Positions 28,225 to 44,769 of a stretch of DNA of 64,000 nucleotides are shown piece by piece. The notes below the pieces were generated by a model. That model saw only the letters and a program-made list of their open reading frames with translations. It had not been told where the DNA came from and did no database searches. Within the stretch, counting starts at the first letter, position 1. The number at the start of each line of letters is the position of its first letter. This stretch comes from the human T2T-CHM13v2.0 reference genome, Homo sapiens. The stretch lies in assembly GCF_009914755.1 (NCBI RefSeq), contig NC_060947.1; one strand, written 5' to 3'. Made by a program: the position numbers and the translations under genes.

Positions 28225-28325
28225 CAAGATTCTGATCCAATACATCTAGGATAGAATCCAGGAATATATATTCTAGCAATCTTTCCAGGTGATTCTGGCA
28301 TATAACCAAGTTTAGCAATCATTAA
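28225..28325. mobile_element. MER5-like hAT MITE fragment
   Basis: agattctgatccaatacatctagg...ccaggaatatatattctagcaatctttccaggtgattctg. Confidence 0.6.
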
Positions 28326-30194
28326 TCTAATGGAATATCCTCACTTGACAAATGAGAAAATTGGCAACTAAATCAAGGGAATCAAAATTAAACCCCTCAG
28401 TCTCAGTATAGTGCTCCTCTTACCTTACTAGGAAACCACTACCAATGTATGCATCCAGTGATGATGTTCAAAATAATTAACAACTAGCAAGAAACAGGCA
28501 CAGGTGAAAAGGGACACGTAGCCAATTGAAACATATGCCTGACCAAACAAAATGGATGCCTGCCATAAACATCTGGTATGGCTCTACTTATGTGTATCTG
28601 GCTGAACATCTGCATTAAATATTGCTTGAGAGGATTAAATTTGAATTAATGAATTGGAATAATAAGAAATTATATTTTAGCTTAAAATAAGAAAGATCTT
28701 TCTCACAATAAAATCTGTCCAACACCTAAATGGACTAACTTAGTAAGCAATCAGATCCCCATTATTAAAAGTATTCAAATTGTATAAGTACCTAATAGGC
28801 GTCAGAAATGCTACCGAAAGGAGATTTATACTCACTGGGATATTGGAGCAGAAAGCTTCTATGATGTCTTACAACTGAAAGTTTCTGTATAACAATATAT
28901 AAGTTTTAGCTGACATAATAAATTGCTTATATTTTATTTTATTCTTTTCATGTAGGTGTTTCAAACTCCTGTGGCCATAGCTATAGCAACTACCTTATTT
29001 CCTTCAGCAATGTGTGATTTCTTGCAGAAATCATGACACTTATATTGGCAACAAGACTTGTTTAGTCATATGTTCATGTTAAATTCAATTAAAAAATAAA
29101 GCCAGTGAAAACAAATGGAATCAAAGAAATATGATAATAGCCTATGACTAGCAGATAAATACTGGAACATGAGCAATCAGAACTTATGGTTATATTTAGC
29201 CCCATCAATTGCTTGTTTTTCCAAAGCTGATTTCTTTCTCTATTTCTTCATTCTCAAATACTTGAGTAGAAATTTGATTCATAAACAATGGTTCAAACTT
29301 TGACTCATTCATAAGTGGTAATAATGATGTGGCTAAAGAGAACTTTTTCAGAATTATAGTTTCCTTTAAAAATGGACTGGTTTCTCAGTTAAAGACATGG
29401 GATAGTTTCAATAGCATTTTATTATTGTGTCAAGCCAACCAAATATCTCTATTTTAAAACAAATGAGCTAAAATTATAAGCCTTCAGACTAATAAAAAGG
29501 TGATTTTAAGTACCACATAATTATCATACTTCAAAAGTTTCTATCTTACAACGAACGTTTTGTACAGAATATAAAGGGGAATGGTGAAATAATTAATGGG
29601 ACAAGATTTTAGTCTCGGCTCTGACACTAATCCCTATGTGACCTCGAGCAAGCCATGTAACCCCTGGTGGTTACTTTCTAATAGGAAAATGTATGTGTTG
29701 GAACTGCTGGTCTTTATCATTCCTCCTATTGTGTATTTTTTAATGCAAAACAATAATTGGATAATATATCAGAAAGGAAATTATGGCATTAGCTTTTTAT
29801 TTCATTTTTAAGTTCTAAAACTATACATAAAAACTCAAATCTAAATAAGCCACTCAACTTTTTCCTTGTAAGAAAACCCTATTAGATAATTGTATTAGTA
29901 ATAATAGTCTTATGCAGCCACTGATATTTTTATATCCTCTGTCAGAGTATTTACTTACAGCCATTTCAGATTAAAGTTGACAGCTACTTAATTTGTAAAG
30001 TTCAGAAAGATGGAAATTTCCACAAAGCATAAAGTTGCCTTAGATTAGCACTGCTTTCTTACGGTATTCAATAACCTTTGTAAAATCAGCTTAGTTTTAA
30101 AATTGAATGCTATACTTTCCAAAATACAAACACAGCTCACCGTAAATTCCTCCAAAGTCTAAAGCCTTTGTAACATTTTTGCCTCATGAGGCTG

Positions 30195-30430
30195 TTTGCT
30201 CAGTAGTAAAGAGGTCAGGCTTTGGAGTCTGACACATCTTGGTATATATGTGTGGGCCACAAATTCTTAACTTTATGTCTGCAAACAAGTTACTTTACAT
30301 AGCTTAGTTTTCTTATCTGTAAAACAAGGATGATATTAGTATCTACTTATTAAGATTCTGAAAACCAAATATTATAATGTATATAAAGTTCCTGAAACAA
30401 CAAGCATTCCAAACATTATAAATACTTCTC
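30195..30430 (+). mobile_element. MIR SINE
   Basis: caggctttggagtctgacacatcttgg...cttagttttcttatctgtaaaacaaggatgat. Confidence 0.7.
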
Positions 30431-30743
30431 TTGTTGTTGTTAGCAACAGTGCCAGCTATGACTCAAGGAAGAACATGCCTTAGCAGCTATGTAAATCTAG
30501 TCTAACCAGCTTTAATTTTTCTTTACCCCTACATCACACAATGTTGTTCTAGTAGTTCCTGTAAGCCACTGCCATCCTATCGGGTAAGCCAATGGGGTTG
30601 CGGCATCTGAGGTGGCCAGATAAGTCTACTGTGTCCATTCATCACAGCTCAGAAGATAGCAACCAGTCTGCTGCTTAGGAGCCATCTTAAATCTTACACC
30701 AAGAAAAGAAATAACAAGAAATAAATACTTAAAAAAAGCTCAC

Positions 30744-30944
30744 ACAGGAATGGACATAAGCAAGCCATCTGAAAGTCCAGAGATAAAATCTTGTATAAAT
30801 GGGAAAACCAGAGGATAGAAGAACCAACCCATTTCTTTTAATGACCCAGTTGAAGAAGTCAAAATAGTATACCAGGTGCTTCTTTGTAAATTCACTCCAC
30901 CAATCATGTCTTCTGCAATTTCTACAGCATAACCATTTTGGTTT
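30744..30944 (-). other. Candidate 201-nt exon of unknown gene
   Basis: Minus-strand acceptor ttttgtccttcaaccag|, donor TGT|gtgagc; open in two frames; no recognised homologue. Confidence 0.2.
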
Positions 30945-31093
30945 CTGGTTGAAGGACAAAATGGTCTTTGGTGTATGGTGACACTTGGATAAAATTATAT
31001 CTAGAACATGAATGATAACTAAATAGAATTATAGAGTACTTCCAGCCATTCTTGTTATTTTATTTTCCATTTGGTTGAAAGTGTACTCGCTGA

Positions 31094-34000
31094 TGATGGC
31101 CGACTAGACATAGCCATGTGGAATAACTGCCACCAAGGAACAGAGACACTGATGCACTCTTAGCTGATCTTCAGAAGGAATGCACTGAAAGTGGACAGAG
31201 GGAAGACACAAAGGCTGGGATGAAGAGGGGAGGAGCTGGGAACCCTGCACGGGGCTACTGTGCACCAAGACTGGCTCCTGGCCCCCAACAACTCTGGGGG
31301 AATGTGCGAGTTGAACTGGCAATTAGAAAACCACTCTCACCATGGGCCTCTGGAATCCCAACAGAAGGAGACCCCTTGACCACCATGGACATTTGAGTTG
31401 GCAGGGAGAGCTACTAAGAGAAGGCGTAGGGGCAGAACTCCAGCTAGTGAAGAGCCCAGAGGATTTGGTGTGTGATCTTCTTCTGTAGTGGAGCACAGCC
31501 AGGGACACCCATCTCCCTAGGCTCGATTTGCTCCCATAGGACACTTTTTAGCCCTAAAAGAACTGTAGGAACTGAACTCTGAAGGGCAATCTTGTCACCA
31601 GTTCAACCTGAGCACCCCTTGGTCTGCTGGCTTCTCCCAGGGCCCCAGCCTTCCCACGCCTGCTTGCAGTGCACCCTCAGTTGCCCTGGGGACCTGCATT
31701 ATACCTCCTATGCTGGCAGACCCACCTTACCAGCAGAGAGCTCCAGCAGAGTGGCCTCCAAAGACATGTACCCCGTACTCACTGACAGCTTCCTGTACTC
31801 ACTGCAGCCTGACAGCACCCCGTACTCACTGCAGCTTCCCACAGGGCCATGACCACCCCCCACATTGCTTTGAATGTGTGTGCATGGGTAGATCTTGCCT
31901 TCCCTGACCTAACAGCAGATCTATGTGTATGTACCCTGCCTCGCCACTGCTGTTGGCATGAGTACACTTCACCTCCTTTTTTCCTACTGTACTGCCATTG
32001 CAGTTGGAGCCTTGGTTGGCATAGAGCCCACCAGCCCTAACCCTGCCAATGCCCTGTCTCTGTGCCAACACTACCCCCAGAGTGAAACAAGGAATGAAGA
32101 ATAGCATGCCCTCCCCTGCCCTGAGCAGCCACCTTCGCCTGCGTGAACATACACAGAAGGTGCACACAGCCCTATGCTCACCAGCATTCTGCCCCCATGC
32201 TAACATCACCACCAGTGAAACCACAGGCATAGTCAACAGCAGGGGGCCTCCCACCTACTGTGAGCTGTGCTGCCCCTGCTGCAGCTACAAACTCCCATAT
32301 AGAGGCCAGCACCCTGGCATCCACTAGTACCCTGCCACAGCCATGGAGTGAGCACCCTACTGTGCTATGGCTGCCACTGCTGCTGACATGTGTGAATGAG
32401 GATGGATCCTGCTGCCACCTCCCTACAAAATGCTTTGGCATGAACCACCCATTGGAGTGCTGTGACCAACAGTCCAGGAGCAACTTGATCACCTCAGCAC
32501 GATGAACTCCTAATCTCAAGGATCCAGAGAACAAAGTCTGGACCTGATACCAGTCCTTCAGAATTAGAACATGCAGTTCAGAAGTTGTGAGCTGAGCTCC
32601 AGACCCCTAAAATCTTCCAGAAAGAAAGGCAATCAGCTGAACCCACCATATACTGCAATCAAACCCTTAAGTTCATCAAAAAGGATAAAAGAAAAAACAC
32701 CACTTAAAGGACAGTAATTTCAAAGATTGAAGGAACATCAGCCCACATAGATGAAAAAGAAGCAGTGCAAGAATTCTGGCAACTCAAAAATCCAGAGTAC
32801 CTTCTTTCCCCCAAATGACTGCACTAGCCCTCTAACAAGGGCTGAGATGGCTGAAATGACAGAAATAGAGTTCAGAATATGGATAGGAATGAAGATCATC
32901 AAGATGCAGGAATACATTGAAACTCAATCCAAGGAAGCTAAAAATCAAAATAAAACAATGTAAGAGCTGACAAAAAAAATAGCCAGTATAGAAAAAAGTG
33001 TAACTGACCACATAGAGCTGAAAAACACACTACAAGAATTTCATAGTGCAATCATAAGTATTAATAGCAGAATAGACCAAGTTGAGGAAAGAAATCTCAG
33101 AATTTGAAGACTGGCTTTCTGAAATAAGTCAGTCAGACAAAAATAGAGTAAGAAGAATGAAAAGGAACAAATAAAACCTCTGAGAAATATTGGATTATGT
33201 AAAGAGAACAAATCTATCACTCATTGGTGTTCCTGAAAGAGATGGGGACAAAGAAAACAACTTGGAAAACATTTTTCAGGATATCATCCATGGTAACTTC
33301 CCCAACTTAGCTAGAGAGGCCAATATTCAAATTCAGGCAGGGAACATAAGCAAGATACTTCACAAGAAGTTCATCTCCAAGACCAGTAATTATCACGTTC
33401 TCCAAGGTTAAAATGAAGAAAAAAAATGTTAATGGCAGCTAGAGAGAAAGCCCATCAGAGTAACAGCAGACCTCTAAGCAGAAGCCCTACAAACCAGAAG
33501 AGGTTTGGGGCCAATTGTCAACATTCTTAAAGAAAAGAAATTCCAACCTAGCATTTCATATCCAACCAAACTAAGCTTCTTAAGAAAAGGAGAGATAATA
33601 ACCTCTTCAGACAAGCAAATGCTGAGGGAATTCATTACCACTGCATCTGCCTTATAAGAGCTCCTGAAGGAATCATTAAATATGGAAAGGAAAGACCATT
33701 GCCAGCCACTATAAAAAAATCCTTAGGTACATAGACTAGTAACACTTGTAAAGCAACCACACAGATGACCTAAAGGCCCCATTTAAAAGTCAGAGTGGCA
33801 AGCTGGATAAAAAAGCAAGACCCAATGGTATGCTGTCTCCAAGAGGCCCCTCTCACATGCAATGACATCCATAGGCTCAAAGTAAAGGGATGGAGAAAAA
33901 TCTATCAAGCAAATGGAAAAGAGAAAAAAAGCAGGGATTGCAATTCCAATTTCAAACAAAACAGATTTTAAATCAACAATAATCAAAAAAGACAAAAAAG

Positions 34001-37000
34001 GGCATTAAATAAGGGTAAATAATTCAATTCAACAGGAAGACTTAACTATCCTAAATACAGATGCACTCAACACTGGAGTACCCAGATTCATAAAGTAAGT
34101 TCTTAAAGACCTTCAAAGAGACTTAGACTCCCACACAATAATAGTGACAGACTTCAACACTTCACTGACAGTATTAGATAGATCAGAGACAGAAAATTAA
34201 CAAAGTTATTCAGGACCTGAATTCAGCACTGAATCAAATAAACCTGATAGACATCTATAGAACTCTCAGCCCCGAAACAAGACATTCTTCTCATCTCCAT
34301 ATGGCTCATACTCTAAAGTTGACCACACAATTGGATGTAAAATAATCCTCAGCAAATGCATAATAACTGAAATAATACCAACTACTCTCTCAGACCACAG
34401 TGCAATAAAATTGGAAATCAAAACTAAGAAAATCTTTCAAAACCATACAATTACATGGAAATTAAACAACTTTCTCCTGAATAACTTTTGGGTAAATAAT
34501 GAAATTAAAGCAGAAATCAAATTCTTTGAAACTAATGAAAACAAAGATACTACATACCAGAATCCCTGGAACACAGCTAAGACAGTGTTAAGAAGGAAAT
34601 TTATAGCACTTAAGACCCATGTCAAAAAGTTCAAAAGATCACAATTTAACAACTTAACTTCACAACTAAAAGGACTAGTGAAACAAGATTAAACCAACCC
34701 CAAAGCTAGCAGAAGACAAAATATAACCAAAATCAGAGCTGAAAAGAATGAGATTGAGACACACACAAAAAAAGCATTCAAAAGATCGATGAATCCAGGA
34801 GTTGGTTTAAAAATAATAATAATAATAATAGACTAGATCACTAGCTATACTAATAATAAAGAAGAAAAGAGAAGATCCAAATAAACACAATTAGAAATGA
34901 CAAAGGGGATATTACCACTGACATCACAGAAATATAAAGAACCATCAGAGAATATTATGAAAACTTCTATGCACACAAATTAGAAAATTAGAGGCAATGG
35001 ATAAACTCTTGGAGACAAAAACACTCCCAAGACTAAACTGGGAGGAAATTGAATCTGTGAACAGAACAATAACAAGTTCTGAAATTGAATCAGTAATAAA
35101 TTGCCTAACAACCAAAAATCAATCAGGACCAGATGGATTCACAACCAAATTCTACCAGATGTACAAAGAAGAGCTGAACAGAAACTCTTCCTACAGAAAC
35201 TATTCCAAAAAATTGAGGAGGAGGGACTCTTCCCTAACTCATTCTATGAGGCCAGCATTATCCTGATATCAAAACCTGACAGAGACACAATAAAAAGAAA
35301 ACTTCAGGCCAATATCCTTGATGAATATCAATGCAAAAATCCTCAACAAAATACTTGCAAACCAAACCGAGCAGCACATAAAAAAGTTAATACATCACGA
35401 TCACATAGGCATTATCCCTGGGATGCAAGATTGGTTCAACATATGCAAATCAATAAATGTGATTCATCATATAAACAAAACTAAAGACAACAACCACATG
35501 ATTATCTTAATAGATGCAGCAAAAGCTTTCAATAAAATTCAACACCACTTTATGTTAAATACTCTCAACAAACTAGGTATTGAAGGAACATACCTCAAAA
35601 GAATAAGAGCCATCTATGACAAATCCACAGCCAGCATTAAGCTGAATGGGCAAAAGCTGAAAGCATTCACTTTGACTACCACAACAAGACAAGGATGCCC
35701 TCTCTCACCACTTCTACTCAACATAATATCGGAAGTCCTTGCCAGAGCAATCAGGCAAGAGAAACAAATAAAGGGCATCCAAATAGGAAGAGATGAAATC
35801 AAAGTATCCCTGTTTGCAGACAACATAATCCTATATCTAGAAAACCACATAGTCTCAGGACAAAAGCTCCTTCACCTGATTAACAACTTCAGCAAAGTCT
35901 CAGGATACAAAATCAATTTACAACAATAACTAGCATTCCTATACACCAACAATCAAGCCACGAGCCAAATCAGGAATGCAATTCCATTCACAATCACCAC
36001 AAAAAGAATAAAATACCTAGGAATACAGCTAACTAGGGAGGTGAACGATCTCTACAAAGAGAACTACAAAACACTGCTCAAAGAAATCAGAAATAACACA
36101 AACAAAGGAATAAACATTCCATGTTCACGAACAGGAATAATCAATATTGTTAAAGGGCCATACTTCCCAAAGCAATTTATAGATTCAATGTTATTCTTAT
36201 CAAACTACCAATGACATTCTTCACAGAACTAGACAAAACTATTTTAAAATTCACATGAAACAAAAAAGAGCCTGAGTAGCCAAGGAAATCCTAAGCAAAA
36301 AGAACAAATCTGGAAGCATCACACCACCTGACTTTATACTACAAAGCTACAGTAACCAAAACAGCATGGTAATAGTACACAATCAGGTGCATAGACCAAT
36401 GGAACAGAATAGACAGCCCAGCAATAAGGCCACACACCTATAGCCATCTGATCTTCCACAAAACTAACAAAAAAAGCAATGGGGAAGAGATCTCAATTCA
36501 ATAAATGGTTCTGGGATAACTGGCTCAACAAATGCAGAAGACTGAAGTTGCACCCCTTCCTTACACCATATACAAAAATGAACTCAAAATGGATTAAAGA
36601 CTTAAATTAAAAAAACCCAAAACTATAAAAACCCTGGAAGATAACCTAGGCAATATCCTCCTAGACATAGGAATGGACAAACATTTCATGTGGAAGATAT
36701 CAAAAGCAATTGCACCAAATTAAAAATTGACAAATGGGATTGAATTAAACTAAAGAGATTCTGCAAAGCAAAAGAAACTGTCAACAGAGTAAACAAGCAA
36801 CCTATATAATGGGAGAAAATTTTCGCAAACTATGCGTCTGACAAAGGTCTAATATCCACCATCTGTAAGGAACATAAACAAATTTACAAGAAAAAAACAA
36901 ACAGCCTCATTAAAAAGTGGGCAAAGGACATGAACACTTTTCAAAAGAAGACATACATGTGGCCAAAAAGCATATGAATAAAAGCTCAACATCACTGATA

Positions 37001-37744
37001 ATTAGAGAAATGCAAATCAAAACCACTATGAGATGCCATCTCACAGCAGTCATAATGGTTATTAGTAAAAAGCCAAAAAAAATAACAGATGCTGTTGAGA
37101 TTGCAGAGAAAAGGAAATGCTTATACACTGTTGATGGGAGTGTAAATTAGTTTGAACCATTTAGGAAAGTGTGGCAATTCCTCAAAGAACTCAAAATGGA
37201 ACTATCATTTGATGCAGCAATCTCATTACTGGGTATATGCCCAAGGGAATATAAATCATTCTATCATAAACACACATACACACACATGTTCATTGCAACA
37301 CTATTCACAATAGCAAAGACATGGAATCAACCTAAATGCCCATCAATTGTAGACTAGATAAAGAAAATGTAATACATATATGTCATGACATACTATGCAG
37401 CCATAAAAATGTACAAGATTATGTACTTTACAGAAACATGGTTGGAGCTAGAGGCCATTATTCTTAACAAACTAACATAGAAACAGAAAACCAAATACCA
37501 AATATTCTCACACGTGGGAGCTAAATGATGAGAACACATGGACACATAGAGGGGAATAACATACACTGGGGCCTACCTGAGGGTGGAGGGTGGGAGGAGG
37601 GAGAGGATCAGAAAAAATAACTAATGGCTACTAGGCTTAATACCTGGGGGATGAAATAATCTGTACAACAAACCCCTGTAACATGAGTTTACCATGAGTT
37701 TAACAAACCTAAACATGTACCCCTGAATTTAAAAGTTAAAAAAC
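31094..37744 (+). mobile_element. Near full-length decayed L1PA15/16-like element
   Basis: 5'UTR gatggccgactagac; ORF1 remnants ~32750-33700; ORF2 EN/RT remnants (35318-35929 with [10 protein letters not shown] and [10 protein letters not shown]); 3'UTR ggaggagggagaggatcagaaaaaataac; 14-bp TSD agtgtactc(g/a)ctga at 31080-31093 and 37745-37758. Confidence 0.95.
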
Positions 37745-40414
37745 AGTGTACTCACTGAGCATGTGAGGCCTATGTCCAGGCCTCCTGGACAGTAATAGGT
37801 AGTATATTAGAAGAAATATAATTAAGTGATGAAAATATATGGGTGCACTTATGGTTCAAAGAATATGTCCAATATTTCATAGAATGGTAAGATGTCAAAT
37901 TTATAAACAGTCTCAGACAACATCTAATTCAAACATTTCCATTAGCAATGAGGAAACTAAGACCCAGAAAGGATAACTGCCTTGCTCAAGGTTATATACC
38001 TCATTGTGTCACAGTTTTAAATCATCACATTTACTTAGAATACAACATACTTATGTTTTTGTTATGAATAAAATGAGAGAAACGGGTAAGAAAAAACTTA
38101 TGAGCCACATTTTTCCCAGGAGAACCAATATATGAAAAGAGAAAACATTGTACTCAGGAGTAAAAAATTAATAATTGACAGTTGCTTAAATGAATTAATC
38201 CTAGAGATATAACTTGATTTATGTGACATATTTGAATATTGGATCTATCCCTTCAATATAGTTCACAATAAATTCACTTTCAATTTCTTAGTTAATTTTA
38301 AACCATTTGCATATTTAAATTATGTGATTTTTAAATGAATGTGAAAGATTATTGTAAGCTGTAAAGAATCATACAAAAGTAGGTTTTTATTAGCAGTAAC
38401 ATCTTTGCAAACGAAGTTTTTTTTGTTCCTTGACTTTTACATCCACATTATGTTCTTCTAATTGTTTCTTGGGATATTTAGTATTAAGTGAATAAAACAG
38501 ATCATAATAGTCATGCAATCTATTTTTTTTATTACACATTAAGTTCTGGGATACATGTGCAGAACGTGCAGGTTTATTACATAAGTATACACTTTCCATG
38601 TTGGTTTGCTGCACCCATTAATCCGTCATCTACATTAGGTATTTCTCCTTATGCTATCCCTCCCCTAGCCACAAACCCCCAAAGAGGCCTCAGCGTGTGA
38701 TGTCCCATCCCTGTGTCCATGTGTTCTCACTGCACAACCCCCACTTATGAGTGAGAACATGTGGTGTTTGGTTTTCTGTTCCTGTGTTAGTTTGCTTAGA
38801 ATGATGGTTTCCAAATTCACCCATGTCCCTGCAAATAACAGAAACTCATCTTTTTGATAGTATTCCATGGTGTATATGTGCCACATTTTCTTTATCTGGT
38901 CTATCATTGATGGGCATTTGGGTTGGTTCCAAGTCTTTACTATTGTGAACAATGCTGCAATAAACATATGTGTGCATGTGTCTTTATAGTAGCATGATTT
39001 ATAATCCTTTGGGTATATACACAGTAATGGGATTGCAGTGTGAAACGGTATTTCTGGTTCTAGATCCTTGAGGAATTGCCACACTGTTTTCCACAATGGT
39101 TGAACTAATTTACACTCACACCAACCGTGTAAAAGCGTTCCTATTTCTCCACATCCTTTCCAGCATCTGTTGTTTCCTGACTTTTAATAATTGCCACTCT
39201 AACTGGCGTGAAATGGTATCTCATTGTGGTTTTGATTTGCATTTATCTAATGACAAGTGATGATGAGCTTTTTTTCATATGTTTGTTGGTTGCATAAATG
39301 TCTTCTTTTGAGTAGTGTCTGTTCATCTCCTTTGCCCACTTTTTGATGGGGTTGTTTTTTCTTGTAAATTTATTTAAGTTCTTTGTAGATTCTGGATATT
39401 AGCCCTTTGTCAGATGGATAGATTGCAAAAATTTTCTCCCATTCTGTAGGTTGCCTGTTCACTCTGATGATAGTTTCTTTTGCTGTGCAGAAGCTCTTTA
39501 GTTTAATTAGATCCCATTGGCCAATTTTGGCTTTTGTTGCCATTGCTTTTCGTGTTTTAGTCATGAAGTCTTTGCCCATGCCTATGTCTTAAATGGTATT
39601 GTCTAGGGTTTTTTCTATGCTTTTTATGGTTTTAGGTCCTACATTTAAGTCTTTACTCCATCTTGAGTTAATTTTTGTATAAGGTGTAAGGAAGGGGTCC
39701 AGTTTCAGTTTTCTCCATATAGCTATACAATTTTCCCAACATCATTTATTAAATAGGGAATATTTTTCCCATTGCTTGTTTTTGTCAGGTTTGTCAAAGA
39801 TCAGATGGTTGTAGATGTGTGGTGCTATTTCTGAGGCCTCTACTCTGTTCCATTGGTCTATATATCTGTTTTGTTACCAGTGCCATACTGTTTTGGTAAC
39901 TGTAGCCTTGTAGTATAGTTTGAAGTCAGGTAGCGTGATGCCTCCAGCTTCGTTCTTTTGCTTAGGATTGTCTTGGCTATACGGGCTCTTTTATGGTTCC
40001 ATACAAAATTTAAAGTAGCTTTTTTCTAATTCTGTGAAAAATGTCAATAATAGCTTGATGGGTATATCATTGAATCTATAAATTACTTTGGGCAGTATGG
40101 CCATTTTCATGATATTGATTCTTCCTATCCATGAGCATGGAATGTTTTTCCATTTGTTTGTGTCCTCTCTTATTCCCTTGAGCAGTGGTTTGTAGTTCTC
40201 CTTGAAGAGGTCCTTCACATCCCTTGTATGTTTTTTCCTAGGTATTTTATTCTCTTTGTAACAATTGTGAATGGGAGTTAACTCATGATTTGGCTCTCTG
40301 TCTGTTATTGGTGTATAGGAATTCTGTGATTTTTGCACATTGATTTTTTTTATCATGAGACTTTGCTGAAGTTGCTTATCAGCTTAAGGAGATTTTTGGC
40401 TGAGACAATTGGGT

Positions 40415-40877
40415 TGTCAGGCCTCTGAGCCCAAGCTAAGCCATCATATCCCCAGTGACCTGCAGGTATACATCCAGATGGCCTGAAGCAACTGAAGATC
40501 CACAAAAGAAGTGAAAATAGCCTTAACTGATGACATTCCACCATTGTATTTGTTTCTGCCCCACTCTAACTGACCAATGTACTTTGTAATCTCCCCCACC
40601 CTTAAGAAGGTTCTTTATAATCTCCCCCACCCTTAAGAAGGTTCTTTGTAATTCTCCCCACCCTTGAGAATGTACTTTGTGAGATCCACCCCCTGCCCCC
40701 AAAACATTGCTCTTAACTCCACCATCTATCCCAAAACTTATAAGAACTAATGATAATCCCATCACCCTTTGCTGACTCTCTTTTTGGACTCAGCCCACAT
40801 GCACCCAGGTGAAATAAACAGCCTTGTTGCTCACACAAAGTGTGTTTGGTGGTCTCTTCATACGGACATGTGAGGCA
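40415..40877 (+). promoter_or_regulatory. LTR7 (HERV-H 5' LTR)
   Basis: tgtcaggcctctgagcccaagctaagccatcatatcccc; three taatctcccccacccttaagaag repeats; ttataag TATA region; aataaa. Confidence 0.92.
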
Positions 40878-41452
40878 TTTGTTGCCAAAGACCTGGGTCA
40901 GTGGGACTCCTTCAGGACACCAGTCCCCTGTCCTCACCCTCACTCTGTGAAGAGATCCACCTACGACCTCCGGTCTTCAGACCAACCAGCCTAAGGAACA
41001 TCTCACCGATTTTAAATTGGGTAAGCGGCCTCTTTTTACTCTCTTCTCCAACCTCTCTCACTATCCCTCAACCTCTTTCTCCCTTCAATCTTGGTGCCAC
41101 CCTTCAATCTCTCCCTTCTCTTAATTTCAATTCCTTTCATTTTCTGGTAGAGACAAAGGAGACACATTTTATCCATGGACCCAAAACTCCGGTGCCAGTC
41201 ACGGACTTGGGAAGGCAGCCTTCCTTTGGTGTTTAATCATTGCGGGGATGCCTCTCTGATTAATCACCCATGTTCCATTGGTGTCTGATCTCTGCAGGGA
41301 TGCCTGCCTTGGTCATTCACCCACATTCCCTTGGTGGCAAGTCAATTGCGGGGATGCCTGCTTTGGCTGCTCACCCACGTTGCAGCCCAGGGCTGCTCCC
41401 CACCCCCCTTCCCCATGTCTCTACCCTTCTCTTTAAACTTGCCTCCTTCACT

Positions 41453-42628
41453 ATGGGCAACCTTCCACCTTCCATTCCTCCTTCTTCTCCCTTAGCCTGT
41501 GTTCTCAAGAACTTAAAACCTCTTCAACTCTCACCTGACCTAAAATCTAAGCGTCTTATTTTCTTCTGCAACACTGCTTGGCCCCAATACAAACTTGACA
41601 ATGGTTCTAAATGGCCAGAAAATGGCATTTTTAATTTCTCCATCCTACAAGACCTAGATAATTTTTGTCAAAAAATGGGCAAATGGTCTGAGGTACCTGA
41701 TGTCCAGGCATTCTTTTACACATTGGTCCCTCCCTAGTCTCTGCTCCCAGTGAGACTCATCCCAAATCTTTCTTCTTTCTCTCCTGTCTGTTCCTTCAGT
41801 CTCCACCCCAGGCTCTGAGTCCTTTGAATCCTTCTTTTCTATGGACTCATCTGACATCCCCTTCTCCCCAGGCTGCCCCTTGCCAGGCCAAGCCAGGTCT
41901 CAATTCATCCTCAGCCTCTGCTCCCCCATCCTATAATCCTTCTATCACCTTCCCTCCTTACACCTGGTCTGGCTTACAGTTTTGTTCCGTGGCTAGCCCT
42001 CCCCCACCTGCCCAACAATGTCCTCTTAAAGAGGTGGCTGGAGCTAAAGGCATAGTCAAGGTTAATGCCCCTTTTTTCTTTATCTGACCTCTCCCAAATC
42101 AGTTAGCATTTGGGCTCTTTTTCATCAAATATAAAAACCCAGTCCAGTCCATGGCCCCTTTGGCAACAACCCTTAGATATTTTACCACCCTAGACCCATA
42201 GGTGCCAGAAGGCTGTCTTATTCTCAATATACATTTTATTACCCAACCCACTCCCAACATTAAAAAAAGCTCCAGAAATTAGATTCTGGCCCTCAAACCC
42301 CACAACAGGACTTAATTAACTTTGCCTTCAAGGTGTACAATAATAGAGTAGAGGTAGCCAAGTAGCAATGTATTTCTGAGTTTCAGTTCCTTGCCTCCAC
42401 TGTGAGACAAACCCCAGCCACATCTTCAGTACACAAGAACTCCAAATGCCTGAACTGCAGCTGCCAGGGGTTCCTCCAGAACCTCCTCGTCCAGGAGCTT
42501 GGTATAAGTGCCGGAAATCTGGCCACTGGGCCAAGGAATGCCTGCAGCCTGGGATTCCTCCTAAGCAGTGTCCCATCTGTGTGGGACCCCACTGGAAATT
42601 GGACTGTCCAACTGGCCCAAGACTCTGA
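41453..42628 (+). pseudogene. gag: HERV-H gag remnant
   Basis: MGNLPPSIPPSSPLACVLKNL...FFCNTAWPQYKL...WPENG; zinc knuckle WYKCRKSGHWAKEC with the first Cys lost; frameshifted. Confidence 0.85.
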
Positions 42629-42712
42629 CTGACTCCTTCCCAGATCTTCTCAGCTTAGCGGCTGAAGACTGACACTGCCCGATCGCCTCGGAAACCTACA
42701 AGACCATCACAG

Positions 42713-44769
<2,057 letters not shown>

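Noticed and set aside
28925-29040. Strong plus-strand splice acceptor (ttttattcttttcatgtag)
   Set aside because: All three frames stop within ~80 nt and no clear donor follows; such tracts are common in AT-rich DNA
31770-31835. Three copies of gtactcactg inside the L1 UTR matching the element's TSD core
   Set aside because: A 10-bp match explained by a local micro-duplication; coincidence is the simplest reading
35318-35929. 203-aa reverse transcriptase ORF
   Set aside because: Fragment of a dead L1 ORF2; catalytic FADD reads FADN and surrounding frames are broken
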